Shown here: in pieces, positions 1 through 21,589 of the stretch | Layout of the letters: every line of letters begins with the position of its first letter | How positions within the stretch are numbered: the first letter of the stretch is position 1 | Source: Macrostomum hystrix | Taxonomy: Eukaryota > Animalia > Platyhelminthes | Direction of reading: 5' to 3' | Length of the DNA: 64,000 bases | Assembly: GCA_950097015.1 (NCBI GenBank) | Contig: CATNEN010000001.1 | Coordinates: forward strand, 25,668,001 to 25,732,000 | Made by a program: the position numbers and the translations under genes | The notes under the pieces: model-generated | Told to the model about the DNA's origin: nothing | Databases searched by the model: none | The model's input: only the letters and a program-made list of their open reading frames with translations

Positions 1-199
1 ACGCATTCGTTTGTTCTGGGCCATCAGCCTTGGAAGCTAAGTGTATTTTCTATCATATGAGGACGATTCTTTGTCTAGCGATGAATACCTTAGGATTGCC
101 CGTCTCTGAGTGTTGTTTTATACTATGGAATTCCCCATTTCTAAATTTTTAGATTTATTTTAGATGATGAGATTCCCTATCTCTAAGTAAATGTTTTAC

Positions 200-3100
200 G
201 TTGTGGGATTCCCCATCTCTTACTGCTGTTTTATGCTATGGGATTCCCCATCTCTTACTGCTGTTTTATGCTATGGGATTCCCCATCTCTTACTGCTGTT
301 TTATGCTATGGGATTCCCCATCTCTTACTGCTGTTTTATGCTATGGGATTTCCCATCTCTTACTGCTGTTTTATGCTATAGGATTCCCCATCTCTTACTG
401 CTGTTTTATGCTATGGGATTCCCCATCTCTTTCTGCTGTTTTATGCTATGGGATTCCCCATCTCCTACTGCTGTTTTATGCTATGGGATTCCCCATCTCT
501 TACTGCTGTTTTATGCTATAGGATTCCCCATCTCTTACTGCTGTTTTATGCTATGGGATTCCCCATCTCTTATTGCTGTTTTGTGCTATGGGATTCCCCA
601 TCTCTTTCTGCTGTTTTATGCTATGGGATTCCCCATCTCTTATTGCTGTTTTGTGCTATGGGATTCCCCATCTCTTTCTGCTGTTTTATGCTATGGGATT
701 CCCCATCTCTTACTGCTGTTTTATGCTATGGGATTCCCCATCTCTTTCTGCTGTTTTATGCTATGGGATTCCCCATCTCCTACTGCTGTTTTATGCTATG
801 GGATTCCCCATCTCTTACTGCTGTTTTATGCTATAGGATTCCCCATCTCTTACTGCTGTTTTATGCTATGGGATTCCCCATCTCTTACTGCTGTTTTATG
901 CTATGGGATTCCCCATCTCTTACTGCTGTTTTATGCTATAGTATTCCCCATCTCTTACTGCTGTTTTATGCTATGGGATTTCCCATCTCTTACTGCTGTT
1001 TTATGCTATGGGATTCCCCATCTCTTACTGCTGTTTTATGCTATGGGATTCCCCATCTCTTACTGCTGTTTTATGCTATGGGATTCCCCATCTCTTTCTG
1101 CTGTTTTATGCTATGGGATTCCCCATCTCCTACTGCTGTTTTATGCTATGGGATTCCCCATCGCTTACTGCTGTTTTATGCTGTAGGATTCCCCATCTCT
1201 TACTGCTGTTTTATGCTATGGGATTCCCCATCTCTTACTGCTGTTTTATGCTATGGGATTCCCCATCTCTTACTGCTGTTTTATGCTATAGGATTCCCCA
1301 TCTCTTACTGCTGTTTTATGCTATGGGATTTCCCATCTCTTACTGCTGTTTTATGCTATGGGATTCCCCATCTCTTACTGCTGTTTTATGCTATGGGATT
1401 TCCCATCTCTTACTGCTGTTTTATTCTATAGGATTCCACATCTCTTACTGCTGTTTTATGCTATAGGATTCCACATTTCTTACTCCTGTTTTATGCTATG
1501 GGATTCCCCATCTCTTACTGCTGTTTTATGCTATGGGATTTCCCATCTCTTACTGCTGTTTTATGCTATGGGATTCCCCATCTCTTACTGCTGTTTTATG
1601 CTATGGGATTTCCCATCTCTTACTGCTGTTTTATGCCATGGGATTCCCCATCTCTTACTGCTGTTTTATGCTATAGGATTCCCCATCTCTTACTGCTGTT
1701 TTATGCTATGGGATTTCCCATCTCTTACTGCTGTTTTTTGCTATGGGATTCCCCATCTCTTACTGCTGTTTTATGCTATGGGATTTCCCATCTCTTACTG
1801 CTGTTTTATTCTATAGGATTCCACATTTCTTACTGCTGTTTTATGCTATGGGATTCCCCATCTCTTACTGCTGTTTTATGCTATGGGATTCCCCATCTCT
1901 TTCTGCTGTTTTATGCTATGGGATTCCCCATCTCCTACTGCTGTTTTATGCTATGGGATTCCCCATCGCTTACTGCTGTTTTATGCTGTAGGATTCCCCA
2001 TCTCTTACTGCTGTTTTATGCTATGGGATTCCCCATCTCTTACTGCTGTTTTATGCTATGGGATTCCCCATCTCTTACTGCTGTTTTATGCTATAGGATT
2101 CCCCATCTCTTACTGCTGTTTTATGCTATGGGATTTCCCATCTCTTACTGCTGTTTTTTGCTATGGGATTCCCCATCTCTTACTGCTGTTTTATGCTATG
2201 GGATTTCCCATCTCTTACTGCTGTTTTATTCTATAGGATTCCACATCTCTTACTGCTGTTTTATGCTATAGGATTCCACATTTCTTACTCCTGTTTTATG
2301 CTATGGGATTCCCCATCTCTTACTGCTGTTTTATGCTATGGGATTCCCCATCTCTTACTGCTGTTTTATGCTATAGGATTCCCCATCTCTTACTGCTGTT
2401 TTATGCTATGGGATTTCCCATCTCTTACTGCTGTTTTATTCTATAGGATTCCCCATCTCTTACTGCTGTTTTATGCTATGGGATTCCCCATCTCTTACTG
2501 CTGTTTTATGCCATGGGATTCCCCATTTCTAAATTCAGTTTTATGTTAGGGGATGGGATTCCCTATCTCTTAGTAGCGGTCAAGTTGTGGTATTCCCCTT
2601 CTGTTAGTGCTGTTTTATGCTATGGGATTCCCCATTTCTAAATTCAGTTTTATGTTAGGGAATGGGATTCCCTATCTCTCAGTAGCGGTCAAGTTGTGGT
2701 ATTCCCCTTCTGTTACTGCTGTTTTATGCTATGGGATTTCCCATCTCTTACTGCTGTTTTATTCTATAGGATTCCACATCTCTTACTGCTGTTTTATGCT
2801 ATAGGATTCCACATTTCTTACTCCTGTTTTATGCTATGGGATTCCCCATCTCTTACTGCTGTTTTATGCTATGGGATTCCCCATCTCTTACTGCTGTTTT
2901 ATGCTATAGGATTCCCCATCTCTTACTGCTGTTTTATGCTATGGGATTTCCCATCTCTTACTGCTGTTTTATTCTATAGGATTCCCCATCTCTTACTGCT
3001 GTTTTATGCTATGGGATTCCCCATCTCTTACTGCTGTTTTATGCCATGGGATTCCCCATTTCTAAATTCAGTTTTATGTTAGGGGATGGGATTCCCTATC

Positions 3101-3790
3101 TCTTAGTAGCGGTCAAGTTGTGGTATTCCCCTTCTGTTAGTGCTGTTTTATGCTATGGGATTCCCCATTTCTAAATTCAGTTTTATGTTAGGGAATGGGA
3201 TTCCCTATCTCTCAGTAGCGGTCAAGTTGTGGTATTCCCCTTCTGTTACTGCTGTTTTATGCTATGGGATTTCCCATCTCTTACTGCTGTTTTATTCTAT
3301 AGGATTCCACATCTCTTACTGCTGTTTTATGCTATAGGATTCCACATTTCTTACTCCTGTTTTATGCTATGGGATTCCCCATCTCTTACTGCTGTTTTAT
3401 GCTATGGGATTCCCCATCTCTTACTGCTGTTTTATGCTATAGGATTCCCCATCTCTTACTGCTGTTTTATGCTATGGGATTTCCCATCTCTTACTGCTGT
3501 TTTATTCTATAGGATTCCCCATCTCTTACTGCTGTTTTATGCTATGGGATTCCCCATCTCTTACTGCTGTTTTATGCCATGGGATTCCCCATTTCTAAAT
3601 TCAGTTTTATGTTAGGGGATGGGATTCCCTATCTCTTAGTAGCGGTCAAGTTGTGGTATTCCCCTTCTGTTAGTGCTGTTTTATGCTATGGGATTCCCCA
3701 TTTCTAAATTCAGTTTTATGTTAGGGAATGGGATTCCCTATCTCTCAGTAGCGGTCAAGTTGTGGTATTCCCCTTCTGTTAGTGCTGTTT
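200..3790. repeat. 35-bp satellite array (CTATGGGATTCCCCATCTCTTACTGCTGTTTTATG)n with higher-order blocks
   Basis: About 100 near-identical 35-bp units read directly. A 533-bp block recurs (ORF-track starts at 2163, 2696, 3229). Diverged ~109-bp units lie towards the right edge, and a similar diverged sequence lies at 120-200. Confidence 0.97.
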
Positions 3791-4429
3791 TATGCTATAG
3801 CATTACCCATGGCCCAATGGTTCCCCTCATTGCCATTGTTTACTGCTAAGGTTTTTCATTGCTTTTCATTCCCTATAAGCATAGCTTAAAGACAAGCCAT
3901 CGTCTAGCAAGTCCTGCTTATCCGTTGAGCAACTGTTCGAAGAAGCCATTGCAATCAGGTCAAGTAGATTCGAAGCGAAGCGCATTTTCTTCTTTTACAG
4001 CAGAGAATTTCATTAATTAATGCAATGAAGCAGATTTGAAGCTATATGCTAATCATCTTCAGTGCGCAGCCAAATCCTTTAGCCATGAAGGTTGCAGGCA
4101 TACTGAATAGACTTATTGAGAGCTAAAAATATACCATATTATTAAACATATTGCCTCAAAAAATTGACTACATCTGAGAACAGTTCAGAAGAAAGCAAGA
4201 CACTTGCACATCTACTGTTGCCTTTGTTTTGTGCAGCCCATAGTTACTGAATTCGCGCCTCCGATGTCACCTTTAATTAGCTGCGGTGCAAGTCAGGTCT
4301 GCCTTTTGTTGTCCGAAGCAAACGAGCTAGTTGTCATCTCTGACACCTCTGACGGGAAAGAGTACGCTTTTAAAATACTTGGGCTTTGGATCTCGTATAG
4401 TAGACTAGGACTTGATCCAGAATGGATGA

Positions 4430-5095
4430 ATAGTAGATGGAGAAGATTTTGAGAATATGTTGAGAATAGATTGAGAATAGATTGAGGATAGATCGAGGAT
4501 AGATCGAGAATAGATGCAGAATAGATAGGGAATAGATCGAGAATAAATGGAGAATAGATCGTGAACAGATTGAGAATAGATTGGGAATAGATTGAGAATA
4601 GATTGAGAATAAATAGAAAATAGATGGAGTATAGATTGAGAATAGATCGTGAATAGATTGAGAATAGATCGTGAATAGATTGAGAATAGATCGTGAATAG
4701 ATAGAGAACATATTGAGAATATATTAAGAATAGATTGAGAATGGATCGAGAATAGACTGAGAATAGACTGAGAACAGATTGAGAATGGATCGAGAATGGA
4801 CTGAGAATAGATTGAGAATAGATCGAGAATAGATTGAGAATAGATTGAGAACAGTTTGAGAACAGTTTGAGAACAGTTTGAGAACAATTTGAGAACAGTT
4901 TGAGAATAGATTGAGAACAGTTTGAGAACAGTTTGAGAATAGATTGAGAACAGTTTGAGAACAGTTTGAGAATAGATTGAGAACAGTTTGAGAATAGATT
5001 GAGAACAGTTTGAGAACAGTTTGAGAATAGATTGAGAACAGTTTGAGAACAGTTTGAGAATATATTGAGAATATATTAAGAATAGATCGTGAATA
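4430..5095. repeat. 11-bp minisatellite (GAGAATAGATT)n grading into (GAGAACAGTTT)n
   Basis: Direct reading of the tandem units. Confidence 0.95.
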
Positions 5096-5789
5096 TTTCT
5101 AGGATTTATTAATAATGGCTGACAACCAATTGATAAAGGAAATAGTTAAATATTGAATTAGCGCAAAACAGTGTTCAGATACAATATACAATACAATACA
5201 ATATACAAGATATAGGATCCACACATGACAAGGTAGCAATCATTTTGACTTTCTGAAATAGCGAACACCTGATTTGCGCAGAGATTTCCCATCACGCAAC
5301 GTCCCGAGGGCCGCAGCCCTCAGCTCATCCCAACTGGGATCCAGTTCTTATTCCAGGGTTGACATTTTTCATTTTCTCACGCAAAATTTCCCAAAGGATT
5401 TGGAAGGGCCTGCGGCAACCGCTGGCTGGGATTTGAGGCCAGCCTACTGGGAATGGGGTTCCAATTCTTTTGCAATTGCATGTCGAGAAATATGAACGAT
5501 TGCGGGACTCAGACTTCACTCACGCCTGGGATTTACCCTGGCAATCAAACTGGCTTCAGGGGAGGGTTAGGGAGGTAGGGAGGCGCCAGAAATGATTCTG
5601 AGGAGAAGGTCGCACGAATAAACGGACGAAAATGTTTAGAACAAGACACGAAAATATGGGTGAGCTGAGAGAGAGAGAGGGAATGACGGAGACAGGTGTG
5701 AGAGGCAAAGAAGCAGCGCGTGAGATGAAAGGAGACAGGTGTGAGAGACGTAGACGGGTGAGGGACATAGAGACAAGTGAGTTAGAGGA

Positions 5790-6360
5790 GGAGAAAGGTG
5801 AGAGAAAAGGAGAAAGGTGGGAGAGAAGGAGAAAGGTGGGAGAGAAGGAGAAAGGTGGGAGAGAAGGAGAAAGGTGGGAGGGAAGGAGAAAGGTGGGAGA
5901 GAAGGAGAAAGGTGGGAGGGAAGGAGAAAGGTGGGAGGGAAGGAGAAAGGTGGGAGAGAAGGAGAAAGGTGGGAGAGAAGGAGAAAGGTGGGAGAGAAGG
6001 AGAAAGGTGGGAGAGAAGGAGAAAGGTGGGAGAGAAGGAGAAAGGTGGGAGAGAAGGAGAAAGGTGGGAGAAAAGGAGAAAGGTGGGAGAGAAGGAGAAA
6101 GGTGGGAGAGAAGGAGAAAGGTGGGAGAGAAGGAGAAAGGTGGGAGAGAAGGAGAAAGGTGGGAGAGAAGGAGAAAGGTGGGAGAGAAGGAGAAAGGTGG
6201 GAGAGAAGGAGAAAGGTGGGAGAGAAGGAGAAAGGTGGGAGAAAAGGAGAAAGGTGGGAGAGAAGGAGAAAGGTGGGAGAAAAGGAGAAAGGTGGGAGAG
6301 AAGGAGAAAGGTGGGAGAGAAGGAGAAAGGTGGGAGAGAAGGAGGCAGGTGAGAGAAGGT
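5790..6360. repeat. 19-bp polypurine minisatellite (GAGAGAAGGAGAAAGGTGG)n
   Basis: About 29 tandem units, almost pure purine on +. Confidence 0.95.
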
Positions 6361-6810
6361 GTGATAAGGATCGTGATGAGGATAATGATAAATCCATGTG
6401 ATAAAACGACAGTGAGAGTATAGAGTGAGAATAAGAGAAGGGTGGGCAGGCTGTCTGGGTGCAGGCGGCATCGGTGATGAATAAGAGTGCCGAAAATCTG
6501 TCATGAGCGGAGCAGAGGCCCAGCTGTAGCCAAATAGTAAGGCATTGATTTTCAGCTCAATCGCATTTTCCACCCAAGGGCGGTACAGAAACTTTTCAGT
6601 CAGGAGAAGGGCAGGGCCTGCGTGATTGGCTATTCCAGTCATGTGCAGCCACCCCTCGCCAGGCTCCTGCCCTAGAACTCAACCAGGCCTCGAGTCCCCA
6701 ATTTATACGCCAGCTCCCAATTGGAGGCTGGAGGGCCAGCGAGGAGGACGAGCAGTTCAAGAATAAGAATCTAGCATTGGCGCTCAGCTCACGCCCTGTG
6801 ACTGTTTGAC

Positions 6811-15721
<8,911 letters not shown>

Positions 15722-15865
15722 GACGCTCGATGACAATAGAAATGCTTAGATGTCACAGTTCGATGTTGTATAACTTGTCTTTCGTGTGATAGTACATGTA
15801 ACTTACTAACATTTATCGACTGTTGCTTGTTGTCACACTGAACACTTGAGTGATTGTCGTCTGAG

Positions 15866-15887
15866 AATAAAAAAATCTTCAAATAAA
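15866..15887 (+). promoter_or_regulatory. Candidate polyadenylation signals (AATAAA x2) of the synaptotagmin gene
   Basis: AATAAA at 15866 and 15882, about 150 nt after the stop. Confidence 0.55.
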
Positions 15888-16011
15888 ATCATTCTGAAAT
15901 TAAAGAACCGATGCTGTTGTCGCCAACATATACAACTTTTTGTTATATTTGTTGTTTAAACAGTGATTTAACTGTTCATTGCGTGTTACGACAAAATTGA
16001 AGACTCTTTTG

Positions 16012-16280
16012 ATCGGTTACTTGTGCCCTAATTGGCTAATTGGGCCGACAGCACAGCCGCAGTTATTGCGCGGTGCATCTGAAGGCTGCGCACAGCTGTT
16101 GAGTCCATGGACTGGCGGGACGGCACACCCGCCCTCATTTACCCCAGCTACTGCTGGCACCCATTTAACACCTGGGTGAATTGAAACAATACAAAGTTAA
16201 GTGTCTTGCTAATGGGCACACATTGTTCCACTGGAGTCAGAAAACGAACCCCCGACCTTTAAGCCGTAAGTCCGACGCCA
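16012..16280 (-). mobile_element. SINE family A copy (inverted)
   Basis: Reverse complement of the 7902-8180 body. Confidence 0.85.
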
Positions 16281-16857
16281 GCACAATTACTAATTGCTAT
16301 GATCTCGTGACTGTCTTAATATTTTAATCTAGACATTGAAATACACTGAACATATTACCGATTAATTAACAAGGAACTGTCCTTTGAGGTGTTAATGATG
16401 ATGTGTGTTTACGACAATGGCCAATAACCAGGAAAGTTTTTGTGAGCATTGAGAATGGGTTAGTTTAATGCTGTTTTACTTCATTCATCATCATTTTTAA
16501 CCTCAGCCAAAAACATCTGCGCCTAGCTGTACAATGTGATTTCTGGAGCGCAATTCCGGGACCTGAGTAAACTGCCTACTGCCTAAAAAAAAAAACAGAA
16601 CCTCGCAGTGACAAAAATATTCAAGATAATTTAGAGCCCCTACTCACATGATTAATATAGTTTTATTTGTTCAATTATTTGGCAGCAAAAAGCAAAGTGT
16701 GGTATTCTGAATTAATCTGGCAAGCACGAGTTGTTTTTTTTAACATGCAACAGAGGTTCGTTTGGAAGTAGGCTAGTAAGATTTAGGTTGGCTGTTTCAG
16801 ATAATTGACTGTTCCAAATTTGAAAGAGAAAATGCAATTTCGAAGTTCTGCCCAATT

Positions 16858-19800
16858 TCATAAACATCGGTCCCACTTCAGCTTGCCGGGTGTCCGTATC
16901 TCGACGGTGGCTCTGGAGCCGTCCGGGCTCGCGGTGTAGCTCAGCACTTCCGTCCCACATTCGTCCGCATCGCCTAGGTCGAGACTCTGCGGCATCGCCC
17001 GGCCGCTGGTCTCAATGGGCAGCAGCAGGGACAGGCCGGAGCAGGCGATGCCAACCAGGGCGAAGATGGCGAACCCCGCCAGCAGGCTGACATCCGGTAT
17101 GACCACCTGCGCCACGACTGGGGCGCTCATGGAGCCGAACCGAGCCATGGATGAGCACACGCCCAGACCGATGCTGCGGATGACCGTCGGATACACCTGC
17201 CGAATAGGGAATGGAGAGTTGTTTAAATTCAAAACATGAGGATCAATATGATCTGGACACCGGCTCACAGGGAGCAGCGACCCAGATCTGCCCAAGCTCA
17301 TTCTGCAATGCCAAATCAGAACAGGATCTGCATTCCCGGCCTCACTGATCAAGAGAAACGACCTCATGGAGATGTGCCGGGTCCCAACAGGCAATGAATC
17401 CTTCCAGAGACATATCTCGCAAACAAATAGCAAGGATCACTAGGAGTAGAAGGACGGAAGTTTCTTAGAAAATACATCTCCCTTGTGCATTTTCGGCTAA
17501 AACTAGGCTGCTACTCGAAGAAAGTAGTTTTCAGTCCTTCCACTGCAGGGGTCGGCAAGCTTATTAGCTAGCGGGTCAAAGAGAGAACCTAAAAGACAAC
17601 AGCGGGCCGCATTGACTGTTGAAATTTGAGACAGGGGAGAGATGAGACAGGGGAGAGATGAGACAGGGCAGAGATGAGACAGGGGAGAGATGAGACAGGG
17701 GAGAGATGAGACAGGGCAGAGATGAGACAGGGGAGAGATGAGACAGGGGAGAGATGAGACAGGGCAGAGATGAGACAGGGGAGAGATGAGACAGGGCAGA
17801 GATGAGACAGGGGAGAGATGAGACAGGGGAGAGATGAGACAGGGGAGAGATGAGACAGGGCAGAGATGAGACAGGGGGAGATGAGACAGGGGAGAGATGA
17901 GACAGGGCAGAGATGAGACAGGGGAGAGATGAGACAGGGAAGAGATGAGACAGGGGAGAGATGAGACAGGGCAGAGATGAGACAGGGGAGAGATGAGACA
18001 GGGCAGAGATGAGACAGGGGAGAGATGAGACAGGGGAGAGATGAGACAGGGGAGAGATGAGACAGGGGAGAGATGAGACAGGGGAGAGGTAAGACGGAGA
18101 GAGATGAGACAGGGGAGAGATGAGACAGGGGAGAGATGAGACAGGGGAGAGATGAGACAAGGGAGAGATGAGACAGGGGAGAGATGAGACAAGGGAGAGA
18201 TGAGACAGGGGAGAGATGAGATAGGGGAGAGATGAGACAGGGGAGAGATGAGACAGGGGAGAGATGAGACAGGGGAGAGATGAGATAGGGGAGAGATGAG
18301 ACAGGGGAGAGATGAGACAGGGGAGAGATGAGACAGGGGAGAGATGAGACGGCGGAAAGATAAGACAGGATAATGCATGTGTCGGAAGGGGCAACGGGCC
18401 GGATTTGGGAGCTTCGACGGCTGCAGCTGGCCCACGGGCCGGAGTTTGCCTACTCCTGTTCTACTCCTACTCCTTTGTCCTTGACAGCCCTCCCACCTGC
18501 CATTTCGAAAGCACAGGAGAGGAGACCGCGGAGTTTTACATCTCATTCTGCCCTTGTTTCGATAAGGTGTGCTGCTGGTGCCTGGGCCACCCCAGTGGTT
18601 GGACGAGCTGACACCCTTACCTCCGAACCTGCAGACTACTATCGGGGGGGGCTGGGTGCAAGGTTAAGCCTCTTTCACATTGGCGTAGCGATCGGGGCCT
18701 GAGCCTATGCCAGAAGTAAAGCAGATTTACATAAGCACAACAGACTACTAACCTCAGTAGTGTAGATGTAGTTGATTTTAAAAATGCCGCCAGCGTGCGC
18801 CCTTGCCAGCAGGAGGAACGCGGTCGCAACGCCGCTAGGCACGCAGAAGTAGATCAGGCCGAAGAAGACGCCCATCATCAGGTTGTTGATTGCGAGGGTC
18901 CAGCGCCGGCCCAGCCAGTCGACAGTCATAATGTTGAACGGGATGATGATGAACTCGCCGAATGACGAAACTAGCATCGCTCTGAAATCGTCCGCCTGAA
19001 GGCCGCTGCAGCAGGAGTTGTCTGAATTCGCGGCGCTGTGACCCGAATCTGACGGTGGCGGGTCAGCCGCACTGCATCCCCTGTGCAGATGCGACACCTC
19101 GGAGCTCACCAGCACGATGCCGTAGTACGAGAACGCGATCCCGAACCACAGGCAGAACAGGATGAGTGTTGTGCGGCGGTAGGAGGGATGGAACAGCGAC
19201 CGTAGGTGGCCCCGACTTTTGTTCTGAGGGGCGCAGTCGGAGTTTGGAAAAGTTTTTGGACTGCACAAATTTGATTTGCACTTAGAATGGGCTTTTTTGT
19301 TTGAATAAATAACCATCTACCACATTTTTAAAGGGCCTAACCCCAGCAACGCTTGCGAGACGCCCCTTCATCGGGGGTCGGCCATTCTCCCTGGCGATCT
19401 GGTCGACCACAGCAATGGCCTCTTCAGTGTGGCCCGATGCCAGCAGGTATCTGGCTGATTCTGGCAGGCACTGGAAGGATTCGAAGATTCGAAGGATTTT
19501 TACTTACAAACCCATTGTGACGTAGCAAATAAAACACTTTTACAGTGGAAAGACAACTTGGGAAACACCCACATTTGGCTTTCTACTGTATCTCCTAAAA
19601 TATTGAACGAATCACTAAACATCAGCATCGTCTCCACGAATCTTAACGATGCAGACTCGGATGGCTTTGAAAGTTAAGTCATCGTCAAGAGCGGAAAATT
19701 TTTATTTAAATAGAGGACTTTTACACGAAAAACGGTCATTCGGTTTGGGAGCTGTAGTGAAGTAGGCAGCGGGTATTTGAAATACCCCCGAGGTATTTCC

Positions 19801-21589
19801 TTTGGGGGAAAAAGCCGGTCTTACTACTGTTAACAGTCACTCACCCATAAAGTTGGTACGGTCAGAATTAGTGGCACCGCAGAGAATGCCACCAGGTATC
19901 TCCAGCCGAGAGTTGGCAGCACCAGGTAGGCGAGAACAATTTCAAACGTGGATCCAATGCCCCAAAACACATTGTACAGGATGAGCACCTTAGCGCGGTA
20001 CTTCTGCGGCAGGTACTCGGACAGCAGTGTGAAGGAGGAGGCGGCGCCGCTGATGTTGAAGCCAACAAGGCCGCGCAGGGCGATGAGCCAGAAATAGTTG
20101 GGTGAGAATGAGCACAGCAGGCCGAAGTAGGCGATGAGGCTCAGGCTGAGGGCGAACACGTTCCAGCGGCCTCGCTTGTCCGAGATGGCGCCCCAGCCGG
20201 GAGCTCCGATCAGCATGCCGGCGAACACGACCGTCGTGATCGATGCCACTTGCGTCGACGTCAGGCGCCATTCGCAGCGAAGCGCCGGACCGAGCACCGA
20301 CAGCAGCAGCATCTCCATCGCGTCAGCCGCCTGAGCGGGATACGAGGAGCGGGATACTGAGCGGGATACTCGTATTTAAAGATTTTGTTGCTAAACGACA
20401 AGACAATGAGCTAGTTTCAAAGCAGTCGATGTACATACTGTCATGATGCCCGTGATGAACAGGATTCTCAGTTGGAATTTGCCGAAGCCAAGCTTCTCTA
20501 CTGCGTCTTCGATGGTGAAGAATTTTTCATCGCTGTCGGAGCCAGCTTCAGATTCAGAATTCGGCACATCATTGGTCAGCTGAGAGTCTGGTACGGGGGT
20601 TGTGTGATGAAATTAAGCATGAGCACAGTTGGGCCACATTTACATTGCTGCTATTGAGCAAACATTTAAAAAGCTATTTACAGGTGTTCAGTCATTGGAA
20701 TGGGGAGGCCCAGCACCTCAGCTGACGCTGGTACCCATTTTACAGCTGAGTGAAGGACTGAGGAAGCTAATGCCTACTTTGTAAAATAATGGAGGAGAAA
20801 CGCATTTAAATAATGTACTCCTTATCCCGTGCGGTTTGGTCTATGGCCATAGTTGCTCACATTGTAACCCCGACCTCCCTGACTGGCCCCGCGCTCTCGG
20901 CTGAAGCGGGCTTAAGACCAGGCTATTCTCCCCCTGGGGGAAGACCACGGGGCATTGAAAATACCCACTGCCTACTTTCACGATAGCTTCCAAACTGAAT
21001 GACAGATTTCGTGAAAGTCCACCATATGGATCAAGGTTTGCCGTCCCTTACGATGAACTAACAATCAGAGCCGTCCGAAGTCGTCGAGATATTCAGCGGT
21101 TTTTGTCGAAGACCATGGTGGCAAGGATAACTTACATTGCTCTGTATATGAGTTCGCCATATTGGTTCAATAAAAACTAATAAATATAATCAATACAATA
21201 CGATCAGCGAGAATAGCCGATATGGTTACACGATGGAGTTTTGTGAGCAGAAAATCTATGCCTATACGCTGGTATTGGTGCTTGTTACCGCCGGACACAC
21301 CGACGAGAATTGTTGAATATCTCGACGATGCCGATACTCTGTGACTCAGGAATTTGTTTAATAGGATAGATCGGATAGTTTTATATTGATTCTTGGCTAA
21401 TGATTTTCATTAACTATTGGTTGAATTGGGCGATTGGTTGAATATTCAAGGAGATACAGAAACTGAAACAGATACAGAAAGTGGTTCTAAAGTTATATTT
21501 TAATAGACCGAATACTCACAGGCAACTGAGCGATGTCTGGAATCCTCCGTGAAAATACTTCCCCCCGGTTTTCTGTTTGATTCTTGCAT
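16858..21589 (-). CDS. SVOP: SV2-related MFS transporter (SVOP-like), 547 aa. Exons 21589-21520, 20587-20439, 20330-19845, 19470-19342, 19223-18753, 17196-16858
   Basis: FTIEDAVEKLGFGKFQ, ADAMEMLLLSVLGP.LRCEW, SDKRGR, LPESARY, WFGIAFSYYGIVL, DWLGRR, YTTEVYPT.IRS.GLG.CSSMARFG and LPIETSGR are characteristic of SVOP. All five introns are GT-AG and phase-compatible; 1644 nt open. Confidence 0.93.
17546..18458 (+). mobile_element. hAT (Charlie-like) MITE with internal 16-bp minisatellite
   Basis: TIRs CAGGGGTCGGCAA ... TTGCCTACTCCTG; imperfect 8-bp TSD TTCCACTG/TTCTACTC. Confidence 0.85.
19620..19830 (-). repeat. Dispersed repeat, inverted relative of 20910-21110
   Basis: GTAGGCAGCGGGTATTTGAAATACCCCCGAGG...CCGGTCTTA is the diverged reverse complement of TAAGACCAGG...AATACCCACTGCCTAC. 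Confidence 0.7.
20910..21475. mobile_element. Old palindromic MITE-like element; related copy at 24850-25160(-), fragment near 34950
   Basis: Internal inverted arms GTCGTCGAGATATTCA (about 21080) and TGAATATCTCGACGAT (about 21314); right half matches the reverse complement of 24850-25160. Confidence 0.6.

Noticed and set aside
191-3615. Long hydrophobic ORFs in all three + frames
   Set aside because: Stop-free 35-bp unit cycling through frames; point variants break the frames at random
200-3790. CRISPR-like array of ~35-bp repeats with a hairpin
   Set aside because: Units are contiguous with no unique spacers, no cas genes, eukaryotic context
5632-6642. Arg/Glu/Gly-rich and Ser/Pro/Leu-rich ORFs, and similar ORFs at 4.4-4.9, 9.1-9.8, 13.7-14.9, 17.5-18.5, 25.7-26.4 and 36.4-37.0 kb
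   Set aside because: Translations of minisatellites, mostly within introns
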